A DNA stretch of 63,718 nt, counting the filler, from Sphingomonadaceae bacterium (lineage in GTDB: Bacteria > Chloroflexota > UBA6077), in NCBI GenBank assembly GCA_050261575.1. It is 4 parts of 4 records of this genome, joined end to end, with 100 filler letters (N's around TTAATTAATTAA, not from the genome) between each part and the next. Parts side by side here need not be neighbours in the genome. Positions count along the whole stretch, not along the records: positions 1 to 18,774 come from JBLNDL010000030.1; positions 18,875 to 37,121 come from JBLNDL010000032.1; 2 more parts are not named here. One strand, written 5' to 3'. The notes under the pieces are model-generated. The model was not told where the DNA came from and did no database searches. It worked only from the letters and a program-made list of their open reading frames with translations. The position numbers and the translations under genes are program-made. Within the stretch, counting starts at the first letter, position 1. Every line of letters starts with the position of its first letter. Positions 17,308 through 25,965 of the stretch are shown one piece after another.

Positions 17308-18678
17308 TTGATAGCGGAGAGCAAACCCCGACAACTCACGGCGGATCCAACCGTCCGGCTCGACAAGCTACCGCTCAGCCGATTCCATTGGCGGCTGCTG
17401 GGAGTGAGCGGCATGGGCTGGATGTTCGACTCGATGGACGTCGGCATCGTGTCCTTCGTCGTCGCGAGCTTGGCTGGCGAGTGGGGACTAGGGCCCGATC
17501 AGGTGGCGTGGATGCTCAGCATCGGACTCCTCGGCATGCTCGTGGGGGCCGCGGCCAGTGGCACCATGGCCGACCGGTGGGGACGCAAGACCATCTTCCA
17601 GGCCACCCTGCTGATCTTCAGCTTCGCCACCGGCTTCTGCGCCCTGGCGTGGAATTACCTCACCCTGGTGGCGGCTCGCTTCCTGGTGGGCTTCGGCCTG
17701 GGCGGTGAGCTACCCATCGCCAGCACCCTCGTCAGCGAGTTCTCCCCCGCCCGGTGGCGCGGCCGGATGATGGTGCTGCTGGAAAGCTTCTGGGCCTACG
17801 GCTGGGTTCTGGCAGCTCTGGTGGCCTTCTTCCTGATACCCCAGTTCGGATGGCGGATGGCCTTCTTGATCGGGGCCCTGCCGGCCTTCTACGTCTTCAT
17901 CCTGAGGCGCGCCCTTCCAGAATCGCCCCGATTCCTGTTGAGCCAGGGGAGGTTCACCGAAGCGGAGGAGGTGATCTGCAGCGTCGAACGATCCTCGGGG
18001 ATCGCGCCACCAGAGGCCGCCCCACTGGCTCCCGCGCATGGGTCCCACCCTACGGAGGGCGCCCTCCAGCGCTTCGCCGAGCTGTGGTCCCGCCCCTACC
18101 TTCGGCGAACGGTGATGCTGTGGGTCCTCTGGTTCACCATCGTCTACTCCTACTACGGCATCTTCACCTGGCTGCCGACCCTCCTCACCGAGAGCGGGCG
18201 GGGCATCACCAAGTCGTTCGGCTACGTTCTGATAATCACCCTGGCCCAGATACCCGGCTACTTCAGCGCCGCCTACCTGGTGGACAAGGCCGGCCGCAAG
18301 TGGACGCTCGCCTCCTACCTCTTCCTCACCGCCGTGGGCGCCTTCTTCTTCCGGAACGCGGGTGCCGAGGCCGAGGTGCTGTTCTGGGGCTGCTTCATCT
18401 CCTTCTTCAACCTCGGCGCCTGGGGGGTGGTCTACACCTACACCCCGGAGATGTACCCAACCCGCGTGCGCGGCACCGGCACCGGCTGGGCGGCCGCCTG
18501 CGGCCGTGCGGCGGGCGTGCTGGCGCCTCTCGTGGTGGGGCACATGCTTGGAAGTTGGGGGGTGGGCTACGAGGCGATCTTCCTGATGTTCTCGGCGGTG
18601 CTGCTGCTGGGCGCAATCAACGTCGCGTTGCTGGGCGAGGAGACCAAGGGCAAGACGCTCGAGGAGATAGCGAAGTGA
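17308..18678 (+). CDS. niaP: MFS transporter, NiaP/YceI niacin-uptake type
   Basis: GWMFDSMDVG, GLGGELPIASTLVSE, LLESFWAYGW, FFNLGAWG..YTYTPE; directly downstream of niaR; AGGAGG before TTG. Confidence 0.85.
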   Translation: MIAESKPRQLTADPTVRLDKLPLSRFHWRLLGVSGMGWMFDSMDVGIVSFVVASLAGEWGLGPDQVAWMLSIGLLGMLVGAAASGTMADRWGRKTIFQATLLIFSFATGFCALAWNYLTLVAARFLVGFGLGGELPIASTLVSEFSPARWRGRMMVLLESFWAYGWVLAALVAFFLIPQFGWRMAFLIGALPAFYVFILRRALPESPRFLLSQGRFTEAEEVICSVERSSGIAPPEAAPLAPAHGSHPTEGALQRFAELWSRPYLRRTVMLWVLWFTIVYSYYGIFTWLPTLLTESGRGITKSFGYVLIITLAQIPGYFSAAYLVDKAGRKWTLASYLFLTAVGAFFFRNAGAEAEVLFWGCFISFFNLGAWGVVYTYTPEMYPTRVRGTGTGWAAACGRAAGVLAPLVVGHMLGSWGVGYEAIFLMFSAVLLLGAINVALLGEETKGKTLEEIAK

Positions 18679-18774
18679 TCCTGTGGGGGGGCAGCAATAG
18701 GCCCCGGCCCCATTGCTGGCACCCCCCCCCCCCTGACCCCCCCCAACCGATGTCGGCCCCCCCCCCCCCCCCCC

Positions 18775-18874
18775 NNNNNNNNNNNNNNNNNNNNNNNNNN
18801 NNNNNNNNNNNNNNNNNNTTAATTAATTAANNNNNNNNNNNNNNNNNNNNNNNNNNNNNNNNNNNNNNNNNNNN
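18775..18874. other. Assembly linker (contig join)
   Basis: N-run + TTAATTAATTAA + N-run. Confidence 0.98.
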
Positions 18875-18992
18875 AGTGCTTCGCCCTACAGGTTTCCTCA
18901 CTCCATCCGCACGTCAGAACAGGGCGGCCGGCGGGATCGACCGTCGAGGTTGAGGACGACCCCGACTCCGTGGCTGGACGGGAGCAGCGCCC

Positions 18993-19964
18993 CTATATCC
19001 ACCCCTTCCGGCGGAAGTAGGTCAGCATCCCCACGGCGATGGCCAGCATCGTCCCTGCCACCATCAGGAAGGACATCGGGTGCTCCTGGAATGGCAGGTC
19101 TATGTTCATCCCGTAGATCCCGGACACCAGCGTCAGCGGCAGCATGATCACCGAGATCGTGGTGAGGATCTTCATCACCTCGTTCAGGCGATAGGAGGTG
19201 AGGGAGTCGTTGGTGTCGGCCAACCCCTCCACCACCTCCTTGTAGTCCTCCAGGATGTCCCAGATCTTCGCCACGTGGTCGGCGATATCGCCGAAGTAGT
19301 CCTCCAGATCCTCCTGCAGGAAGGGGGTCTTCTTGTGCTCCAGGCTCGCGATCACCGGAATCTGCGGCTTGATGATCCGGCGGAAGTTGATGATGTCCCG
19401 GCGGATCACCGAGATGTCGCGCACCGTCTGCCGGATGTTCTCCTCGAAGATGGTGTCCTCCACCGCCTCGAGGTTGGTATCGATCTTGTTCAGAATGGGG
19501 AAGCAGTAGTCCACCAGCCGGTCCACCACCCGATACAGCAGGTAACCGGTGGTCCTCTCCATCAACTCCTGCCGCGTCCCGGCGTTCTGGAAGCACTCCT
19601 GGAACATCCGGCGCAGCGGCTTGATGTCGCCGGCGTGGACGGTCACGAAGTAGCTAGCGCCCACGAAGATGTCCACCTCGCTGGAGACGGTCACCCCTGC
19701 CATCTTGTTGAAGACCGGGAAGTGGAGGACGATGAAGAGGTACTCCTCCTGCTCGTCGATCTTCGGCCTTTGGATCTTGCTGAGGCAGTCGTCCAGGTGC
19801 AGGGGGTGGAAGGGATAGTTCTGGCGCAGCCACTCGATCTCGTCCCTGGTGGGCCGCTCCACGTTCACCCAGGTCATCTTCCCGTGGCGCGCGATCTGCA
19901 GGTTGAGCTTGCGCTCCTCACGGCCGGTCGCGCCCCCGGGGCTGCTGTTGCTCTTCACGGCCAT
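18993..19964 (-). CDS. corA: CorA magnesium/cobalt transporter
   Basis: QRPKID, LNEVMKILT, GIYGMN signature, two C-terminal TMs. Confidence 0.95.
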   Translation of the reverse strand: MAVKSNSSPGGATGREERKLNLQIARHGKMTWVNVERPTRDEIEWLRQNYPFHPLHLDDCLSKIQRPKIDEQEEYLFIVLHFPVFNKMAGVTVSSEVDIFVGASYFVTVHAGDIKPLRRMFQECFQNAGTRQELMERTTGYLLYRVVDRLVDYCFPILNKIDTNLEAVEDTIFEENIRQTVRDISVIRRDIINFRRIIKPQIPVIASLEHKKTPFLQEDLEDYFGDIADHVAKIWDILEDYKEVVEGLADTNDSLTSYRLNEVMKILTTISVIMLPLTLVSGIYGMNIDLPFQEHPMSFLMVAGTMLAIAVGMLTYFRRKGWI

Positions 19965-20069
19965 CCCCTTCACCTCCCCTCTGCTGCCGGAATTGTACCA
20001 TTTCCGGCCCAAAAGGAGGCGTCCTCCAGGCGGCTCTCCGACTCTGGGAGCGCGGACGTCTCGCTGCCC

Positions 20070-21254
20070 CTACATCCCTCCCCTCTCCATGTCGTCCAGC
20101 CACCGGTACCACCGCTGGATGACCTCCTCGGCCGGTTTCCCCGCGGGCGGGTAATCGGAACTCGTGGGGCCGACGCCGTAGTCGCCCGTGGGCCAGAACC
20201 AGAAGTAGGCGCCCCGGAACCAGGGCACCCCGGACCAGCTCTGGAAGAGAGCCGAGTACAGCTCTGCCTGAAGCTGCAGGTTCACCGCACCATAGCCGCC
20301 ACCACCCCACGGGTGGTGTGCCGCCTCTCCAGAACTCGGATAGCCTACCTCGGTGAACAGGAGGGGCTTGCCGTAGCGAGCCTGGAGCGGCTCTATCTGC
20401 AGTTTCCTCCACTCCTCCCATCGAGCGAGCAGCTCCGAGGCCGGGGGGGAGGGTTGGGACCCTTCGGCCAGCTCGAAGTAGGCGGAGATCCCCAGGTAGT
20501 CCAGGTCGTCCCAGAACTCGATCTGCTGGAACTCCCGATAGGGATCGGTGGGGGAGGAGGGGGGAGCCGATCCCCACTGGGCACTGTAGGTGAGGAAGCC
20601 GCTGAACTGCTGCCGCACTCGAGCGATGAGCGACCTCCAAGAGAGGGTGTTGGCCGGACTGGTCAGGCCGACCAGCTCCGCGCCGATCACCATCCCCGCC
20701 ACCTGGTGCTCCTCGGCGAGGCGGGCGTAGTATGTCAGCACCGTACCGTAGGCAGCGAAGAAGGCATCCTTGTCGTACGGGTCTATGCGGGCTCGCCAGC
20801 TACCGTCTTCGCAGTCCACGTGGATGCGCAGCACCACCTGCAGCCCCTGGCGGCGCGCCTCGTCCACCGCCGCCATCAGCTCGTCTTCGTTGGGCGTACC
20901 CTTGCCACGATGCAGATGGGGGTCGTGGGGACCTGCCACGTACCAGGTGACGACCGGGGAGACGGTGTTCGCCCCCACGTCCCTCAGACGTCGGAGCGCC
21001 TGGAAGCTCTCCGGCGACCCGAAGGGCGCGGCCCGATCCCAGAACGCGAAGCCCTTCTGCCACCGTTCCGCTTCCCATCGCGGGGGAACCGGAGTGGGGG
21101 ATGACGCGGGGATCGGGGTCGGGGTAGAGGCAAGCAGCTCGACGTCCGGGCGGGGCTCGCCACCGTCGGATCTCGTGGCGATCCACACCAACCCCGCCAT
21201 CGAGGCCAGCAGCAGAGCCACAGCCACCAGGATGAAATGCCCTCTGGAAACCAT
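20070..21254 (-). CDS. Exported glycoside hydrolase family 113-like TIM barrel
   Basis: Signal/TM + PT linker; IGAEL, LTYSAQW, FWDDLDYLGISAYFEL, KPLLFTEVGY. Confidence 0.82.
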   Translation of the reverse strand: MVSRGHFILVAVALLLASMAGLVWIATRSDGGEPRPDVELLASTPTPIPASSPTPVPPRWEAERWQKGFAFWDRAAPFGSPESFQALRRLRDVGANTVSPVVTWYVAGPHDPHLHRGKGTPNEDELMAAVDEARRQGLQVVLRIHVDCEDGSWRARIDPYDKDAFFAAYGTVLTYYARLAEEHQVAGMVIGAELVGLTSPANTLSWRSLIARVRQQFSGFLTYSAQWGSAPPSSPTDPYREFQQIEFWDDLDYLGISAYFELAEGSQPSPPASELLARWEEWRKLQIEPLQARYGKPLLFTEVGYPSSGEAAHHPWGGGGYGAVNLQLQAELYSALFQSWSGVPWFRGAYFWFWPTGDYGVGPTSSDYPPAGKPAEEVIQRWYRWLDDMERGGM

Positions 21255-21310
21255 AGGCGACGAGCCGAAGCAACAAGCGTACCGGCTGGCAGACGTGGCA
21301 ACGGCTTCAG

Positions 21311-22081
21311 CTATACCTGGAGTTGCAGCGTCAGCCCGTCGTAGGCGAGCTCCACCCCCGAGGGGAGCACCGCGTTTGTGCAGAGGTAGTCCAAGTCGTG
21401 GGTGAGGTGGGTCAGGTAGGCCCGAGCGGGTCGCAGGAGGGCGATCGTCTGCAGCGCCTCGTCCACGGTGAAGTGCGTGGGGTGGGAACGCCAGCGCAGG
21501 GCGTCCAGCGTCAGCAAGTCCAGCCCCCGCAGCAGATCCATCGAACTGTCGGGGATCCGGTTGCAGTCTGTCACGTAGGCGTTACGGCCGAACCGAAAGC
21601 CCAGCACCTGCAGGCGGCCGTGGTAGACCGGCACCGGCACGATCTCCAGACCGAAGAGGTCGAAGTCCCCCTGGATAGGGTTCATCTCCAGTCGCGGCTT
21701 TCCTCCCCCCACCTGCGTGGGGGTGAAGATGTAGTCGAAGCGGCGCCGTATGTCCGCCAGGCACTCCTCGCTCCCGTAGCACGGTATCGGAGCCCCTTGT
21801 CGCTCGCTGAAGATGCGCACGTCGTCCAGCCCACCTACGTGGTCGGCGTGGGAGTGGGTGAAGAGGATGGCGTCCAGGCGGGTAATCCCCGCGCGGATGG
21901 CCTGCAGCCGGAACTCAGTCGCCGTGTCCACCAGCACGGTCCGTCCCCCATACTGGATCAGCACGGAGCAGCGGAAGCGCTGGTTCCTGGGATCGGTCGA
22001 GGTGCACACTGGGCAGTGGCAGCCGATGGAGGGCACCCCGTGAGAGGTCCCTGTGCCCAGGAAGGTGAAGGTCAGATCCAT
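21311..22081 (-). CDS. MBL-fold hydrolase, PhnP family
   Basis: FLGTGTSHGVPSIGCHCPVC, THSHADHVGGLDD, HPTHF. Confidence 0.92.
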   Translation of the reverse strand: MDLTFTFLGTGTSHGVPSIGCHCPVCTSTDPRNQRFRCSVLIQYGGRTVLVDTATEFRLQAIRAGITRLDAILFTHSHADHVGGLDDVRIFSERQGAPIPCYGSEECLADIRRRFDYIFTPTQVGGGKPRLEMNPIQGDFDLFGLEIVPVPVYHGRLQVLGFRFGRNAYVTDCNRIPDSSMDLLRGLDLLTLDALRWRSHPTHFTVDEALQTIALLRPARAYLTHLTHDLDYLCTNAVLPSGVELAYDGLTLQLQV

Positions 22082-22140
22082 CTCAATCCAGTCCCGAGTC
22101 TTGTGTGCTGAGTGCTGAGAAGATCACCGCTCATCACTCG

Positions 22141-23076
22141 TTACTCACTACTCATCGCTCGCCTTAGCGTCTCCGAGGGGCTTGCGCAGGCCAGGCTGCC
22201 GGGGCTTCCCCGCCGCCTGCCCACCACACACCCTCGGGCACACAGTCCTGCCATTATTTCCCTGTACTCCCGCCAGGTCAAGCCGGCCTCCCTGCAGATC
22301 GCCTCCCGACCCGGAAGAGGGTCGCCATCCGGGGCCAGGCGGTGCAGCGTCTCGACGCAACGACGCACCAGGTCCGGATCGACCCCCCTCAAGGGTGAGG
22401 AGGACTCCCGAGAGGCCGCCCCGTCCGTCGCAAGTGGCGGGCCGGACAGGGAGGAACGGGCCAGGACGAGGGCCCGACGGAAGGCCTCGTGGGCAGCCGA
22501 GCGGCTGATGCCCAGTGCCTCCGCCACCTTCGCGAATGGAAGGCCGTGGTAGAGGTGCAGTCTCACCACCCGATCGTACGTCCTGGGCAGCCCCCGCAGC
22601 AGGTCGGCGCAGAGCAGTTCGTCGTCCCAATCCCGCCCATCTGGTCCGGCGGTGTCGGCCACCTGCTCCATCAGTAGATCGTGCGAGACGCTGTTGAGCC
22701 GAAAGCGAGCCGTGCGTCGAGAGGGGGTCTGAGAGCGGAGATATCGGTCTATGCGCCACGGGAAGGATCGCAGGAAGTAGGGCATGAAGTTGTCGCGCCG
22801 GAGCGGCTCCCACTCCAGGGCCGCCTCCGCCAGCGCGACGTAGGACTGCTGGAAGAGGTCCGCTGCCTCCAGTCCTGGGGGTAGCGAGCGGTGGGGTGCG
22901 AGGTGGGGCCGCAGGAAGGCCCGGACCAGGGGCTCCAGTTGGGTGTACAGCTCCCCCAACGCCGAGCGATCCCCCGCCCGGTAGCGATGGGCCAGGGCGG
23001 TTACCGCCATCTCCCGCTCACGCTGCCGCGGATCGCGCTCCTCTGCGCCCTGCTCTGGCAGATCACGTCCGTCCAT
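22141..23076 (-). CDS. sigma70-family sigma factor with C-terminal extension
   Basis: Region 2 (GDRSALGELY..., DLFQQSYVALAEAALEWEP.R..F..Y) and region 4 (LP..YDRVVRL...GLPFAKVAEALGISRSAA); ~90 extra aa. Confidence 0.82.
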   Translation of the reverse strand: MDGRDLPEQGAEERDPRQREREMAVTALAHRYRAGDRSALGELYTQLEPLVRAFLRPHLAPHRSLPPGLEAADLFQQSYVALAEAALEWEPLRRDNFMPYFLRSFPWRIDRYLRSQTPSRRTARFRLNSVSHDLLMEQVADTAGPDGRDWDDELLCADLLRGLPRTYDRVVRLHLYHGLPFAKVAEALGISRSAAHEAFRRALVLARSSLSGPPLATDGAASRESSSPLRGVDPDLVRRCVETLHRLAPDGDPLPGREAICREAGLTWREYREIMAGLCARGCVVGRRRGSPGSLACASPSETLRRAMSSE

Positions 23077-23188
23077 CTCCCACCCCGTCTACCCGTCCCG
23101 TAGGAGCCGGCCACTGCCGGCGCTTCCTCGCCTCCCCCGGAGGGAGAGGGAGCCCCCCCATCCCCGCATCTCCACGTCTCACAGGCCC

Positions 23189-23461
23189 TCACCCTCCGCG
23201 CAGGTGATAGATCGCCATGCCCACCAGGGTGCTCAGGAAGGTGCCCGTGGCGGCCAGCAGGACGGCGTTCAGCTTCGCCTCCACCCTCTCGTAACCACGG
23301 GCCACCTCCTCCAGGCGGGCGTTGGTCACCCGACCGTAGGCGCACCCACGATCGTCCAGGCGGCAGGCCAGCGACCTCACCTCGCCGGCCCCCTCCCGAT
23401 CCGGAGCCGAGGAGGCCAGCCGCCTGATCGCCCCCTTCAACGCCTCGTCACCCCTCTCCAC
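23189..23461 (-). CDS. Small coiled-coil protein with C-terminal TM
   Basis: RLEEVARGYERVEAKLNAVLLAATGTFLSTLVGMAIY; co-oriented between two genes; start approximate. Confidence 0.65.
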   Translation of the reverse strand: MERGDEALKGAIRRLASSAPDREGAGEVRSLACRLDDRGCAYGRVTNARLEEVARGYERVEAKLNAVLLAATGTFLSTLVGMAIYHLRGG

Positions 23462-23546
23462 CGCCCACACCCCCTTCCACGAGCCCGGCCTCTGGCCGAG
23501 TCCCGAGTCCTGCGCCCTGCCGGGGCCACAACTCATCACTCATCAC

Positions 23547-23984
23547 TTACAGCGCCATCCCCAGTTCGTTGCCCACTTCGTCCAGCACGCGGGCAAGGGA
23601 GCCAGCGAGCCCCTCGGCGGAGCGGCCCTCGAGGGCGTACTGGACCTTGAGCGCCCGGCAGAGGGTCTCGATCCCCTTGCGGGTGGCCTCCAGATCGCCT
23701 TCCCGCGCAACCTTCCGAATCAGCATCCGCAGGACGGCGATCTCGTCGTCGACCCCCCGCAACGCCGACGCCACCTCCAGCCCAAGCTCCCCTTCGTCCA
23801 GGACGTCCGCATAGAAGGACGCCTCCACCCCCCGCGTCTCCCGCGAGGAAGCTCCGTCGGGCACGCCCGCACGCCCGTGTGCCGGCCGCGCGCCGCCCCC
23901 GTGGATCCGACAGTAGACGCCGCCCGGCAGGGCTTCGAGGCGGCACCGCCGCTTCGTCCCCCTGGCAATCGCCGCGCACTGCAT
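23547..23984 (-). CDS. HGGxSTG-like zinc-ribbon protein, terminase small subunit-like
   Basis: MQCAAIARGTKRRCRLEALPGGVYCRIHGG followed by helical FYADVL...VDDEIAVLRMLIR. Confidence 0.7.
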   Translation of the reverse strand: MQCAAIARGTKRRCRLEALPGGVYCRIHGGGARPAHGRAGVPDGASSRETRGVEASFYADVLDEGELGLEVASALRGVDDEIAVLRMLIRKVAREGDLEATRKGIETLCRALKVQYALEGRSAEGLAGSLARVLDEVGNELGMAL

Positions 23985-24009
23985 CCTCCCACCCCCTTCC
24001 GCCAGCACC

Positions 24010-24061
24010 ACTAGAACGTATGTTCTAGTACATTCTACGAAGGTCGCACCGCTTCAGTCAA
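24010..24061 (-). promoter_or_regulatory. sigma70 promoter with LexA (SOS) box
   Basis: TTGACT -18 nt- TAGAAT on the minus strand, followed by palindrome ACTAGAAC-GTAT-GTTCTAGT (24010-24029). Confidence 0.85.
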
Positions 24062-24313
24062 GGGGTTGAGGAGGTCGGGACGGCAAAGCGGGGGCGACGC
24101 CGAAACGGCTGCGCCGATCGGCGGAGGATGGCGCAACTGGAGGGCAGGGCGCAAGGCCCCGCCCCTCGAACCGCAGTCCACCCGAAGAGCGGCTTGCCGC
24201 GCGATGCACGATCCCACCGGTCGCCCACGGTCACACTCCCTGGCCGTTCGACCGACCGACCCGCGGGCAGGAGTTGCGCGGCTACGGAAGGGAAGCCGCT
24301 CCGGCGGCGCCTC

Positions 24314-25327
24314 TCAGGGCAGCCGCCCCGCGGCGTAGTAGCGCACCTGGCTGACGTCGGAGATCCGAGGGTTCTCCCGATCCGAGACTGTTCTCACCAC
24401 GAAGTCGGAGGTGTCCCCGCTGGCTAGGCTGTTCGGAACGTGGGTGCTCTCCATCCACACCACTCGGTTCTGGTCGTCCAGGAACCATACGTAGACGGTG
24501 CTCAACGAGACCGGCTGGCCCTCACCGTTACCGACCGTTCCGGTGAACTCGTAGCGCACGTTCGATTGGCCGGCCGCGGCCTGCTCGTTCTTCACCCACG
24601 TGACCGGCAGCGTCGCGTAGCCCGCGACGCCCGTGCTTGAGGCGTCTAGCGACACCTCGACTCCAGCATAAGCCGGGGGGGTCTTCACCTCGACGCGATA
24701 CCCGACGGTGTTCCCCGGACCGAGGAAGGCGAAGTACTGGCTCGCCGTGGCGACCACCGCTCCCGACTCCTCCAGCAGGCGAGCCGTCACCCTGGCGTTG
24801 TAGGCGGGGATGGCGCCATCGTTGTGCATCTCCCCCAGCACCCAGACGCTACCAGCCTCCAGGCCCTGTCCCTGGATCACGTTTGGCTCGCTACTTCGAA
24901 GGCTCGGTTTCGGTGCTGCCATCGGGGTGGGTGTGGGAGTGGCGGTGGGCGCCGGACTCTGGGCAACCGGCGTCTGCACTGGAGGCTCGGCGGGGGCAGG
25001 TGGGGCCTCTGCCTCCCAATCGAACCTCTCGTCGTTGCCCCGCTCCTCGATGCCGAATCGCCCGTTCACCCAGGTCCGCGCCCCGTCCGTGAACGCCGTC
25101 CAGTTGTCCGCCTTGCGCCACACCATCAAGCCCGTCGTGGTTCGCTGCAGCGAGTCGCCGTTGGGACCGCAGCGTTCGTCCTCCAGCGGGGTTCCCACGA
25201 TATCGGGAATCCGAGCGGCGAGGGCCGCGAAGCCCAGCTTGAACTCGGGTTTCTCCTGCGCCGCTGCGGTGCCGCCGAAGGCCAGCACAACCGTTATGGC
25301 CAGAAAGTAGGGCAGAATGCGTCTCAT
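24314..25327 (-). CDS. Secreted protein: conserved N-terminal domain, PT linker, two FxLYD-like domains
   Basis: Signal peptide ending AAA; FKLGF...GLMVWRKADNWTAFTDG..TW; GEMHN...LLEESG and GTVGN...FLDDQN repeats. Confidence 0.78.
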   Translation of the reverse strand: MRRILPYFLAITVVLAFGGTAAAQEKPEFKLGFAALAARIPDIVGTPLEDERCGPNGDSLQRTTTGLMVWRKADNWTAFTDGARTWVNGRFGIEERGNDERFDWEAEAPPAPAEPPVQTPVAQSPAPTATPTPTPMAAPKPSLRSSEPNVIQGQGLEAGSVWVLGEMHNDGAIPAYNARVTARLLEESGAVVATASQYFAFLGPGNTVGYRVEVKTPPAYAGVEVSLDASSTGVAGYATLPVTWVKNEQAAAGQSNVRYEFTGTVGNGEGQPVSLSTVYVWFLDDQNRVVWMESTHVPNSLASGDTSDFVVRTVSDRENPRISDVSQVRYYAAGRLP

Positions 25328-25387
25328 GAAGCTCACCCCCGTTTCGATCTGCTTGAGAAACGCCGGCTCTCGCGATCCGGTCCGAGT

Positions 25388-25670
25388 CTACCCGTATCTG
25401 AGGGCCTCGATGGGGTTGAGGGACGCGGCACGGCTGGCCGGGCAGGCCCCGAGGGAGACCCCGACGGCGGTGGAGGCCCCGAAGGTCATCAGAATAGCAC
25501 TTGCCTAGCTAGCTGTCTTCATTCTCCTGGCTGCCGGAGTCGAGTCCTCCCCGGCCACCGTGTGGCGCCGGAGAAGCAACTCGCAGGTATTCTGCACGGC
25601 CGCGTCCGTCACCGCCCTCCTCGCCGACCGTCGGACGCTGATGGTAGAGACACTGTCACTGCCGCCGACG
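25388..25670 (-). pseudogene. MacB/FtsX-type ABC permease remnant
   Basis: Manual translation AILMTFGASTAVGVSLGACPASRAASLNPIEALRYG* (MacB C-terminus), preceded by stops and a periplasmic-like fragment (VSTISV..DAAVQ..ELLLRRH). Confidence 0.65.
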
Positions 25671-25965
25671 GTGCGGTGACGTCCTCCCCCTTCTGCACCG
25701 ACCTGACCCCGCCCAGGTTCCCCGGAGCGGCGGGAACAGAAGATGCCGTATGACGTGATGGTGGCAGGGACACCGTTCGCTCGCGCAGCGATGCCAGCCT
25801 TCCGGCACCGAGGGGGTGACCCCCTTGGTGCCGGCGGTTCACGCCACACTCCGCGCACTGCCGACAGTGTACGACCGAGGATGCGCCCGAGGTCGGCAGT
25901 GACCTGGAGATCTTAGGCATGAGCTAAGGCTCAGCCGGCTGCCCAAGGATGGGGAAAAAGACTCG

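Noticed and set aside
18819..18830. TTAATTAATTAA within N-runs (also 37166 and 52640)
   Set aside because: Artificial six-frame-stop contig spacer, not biological; adjacent poly-C is low-quality contig end.
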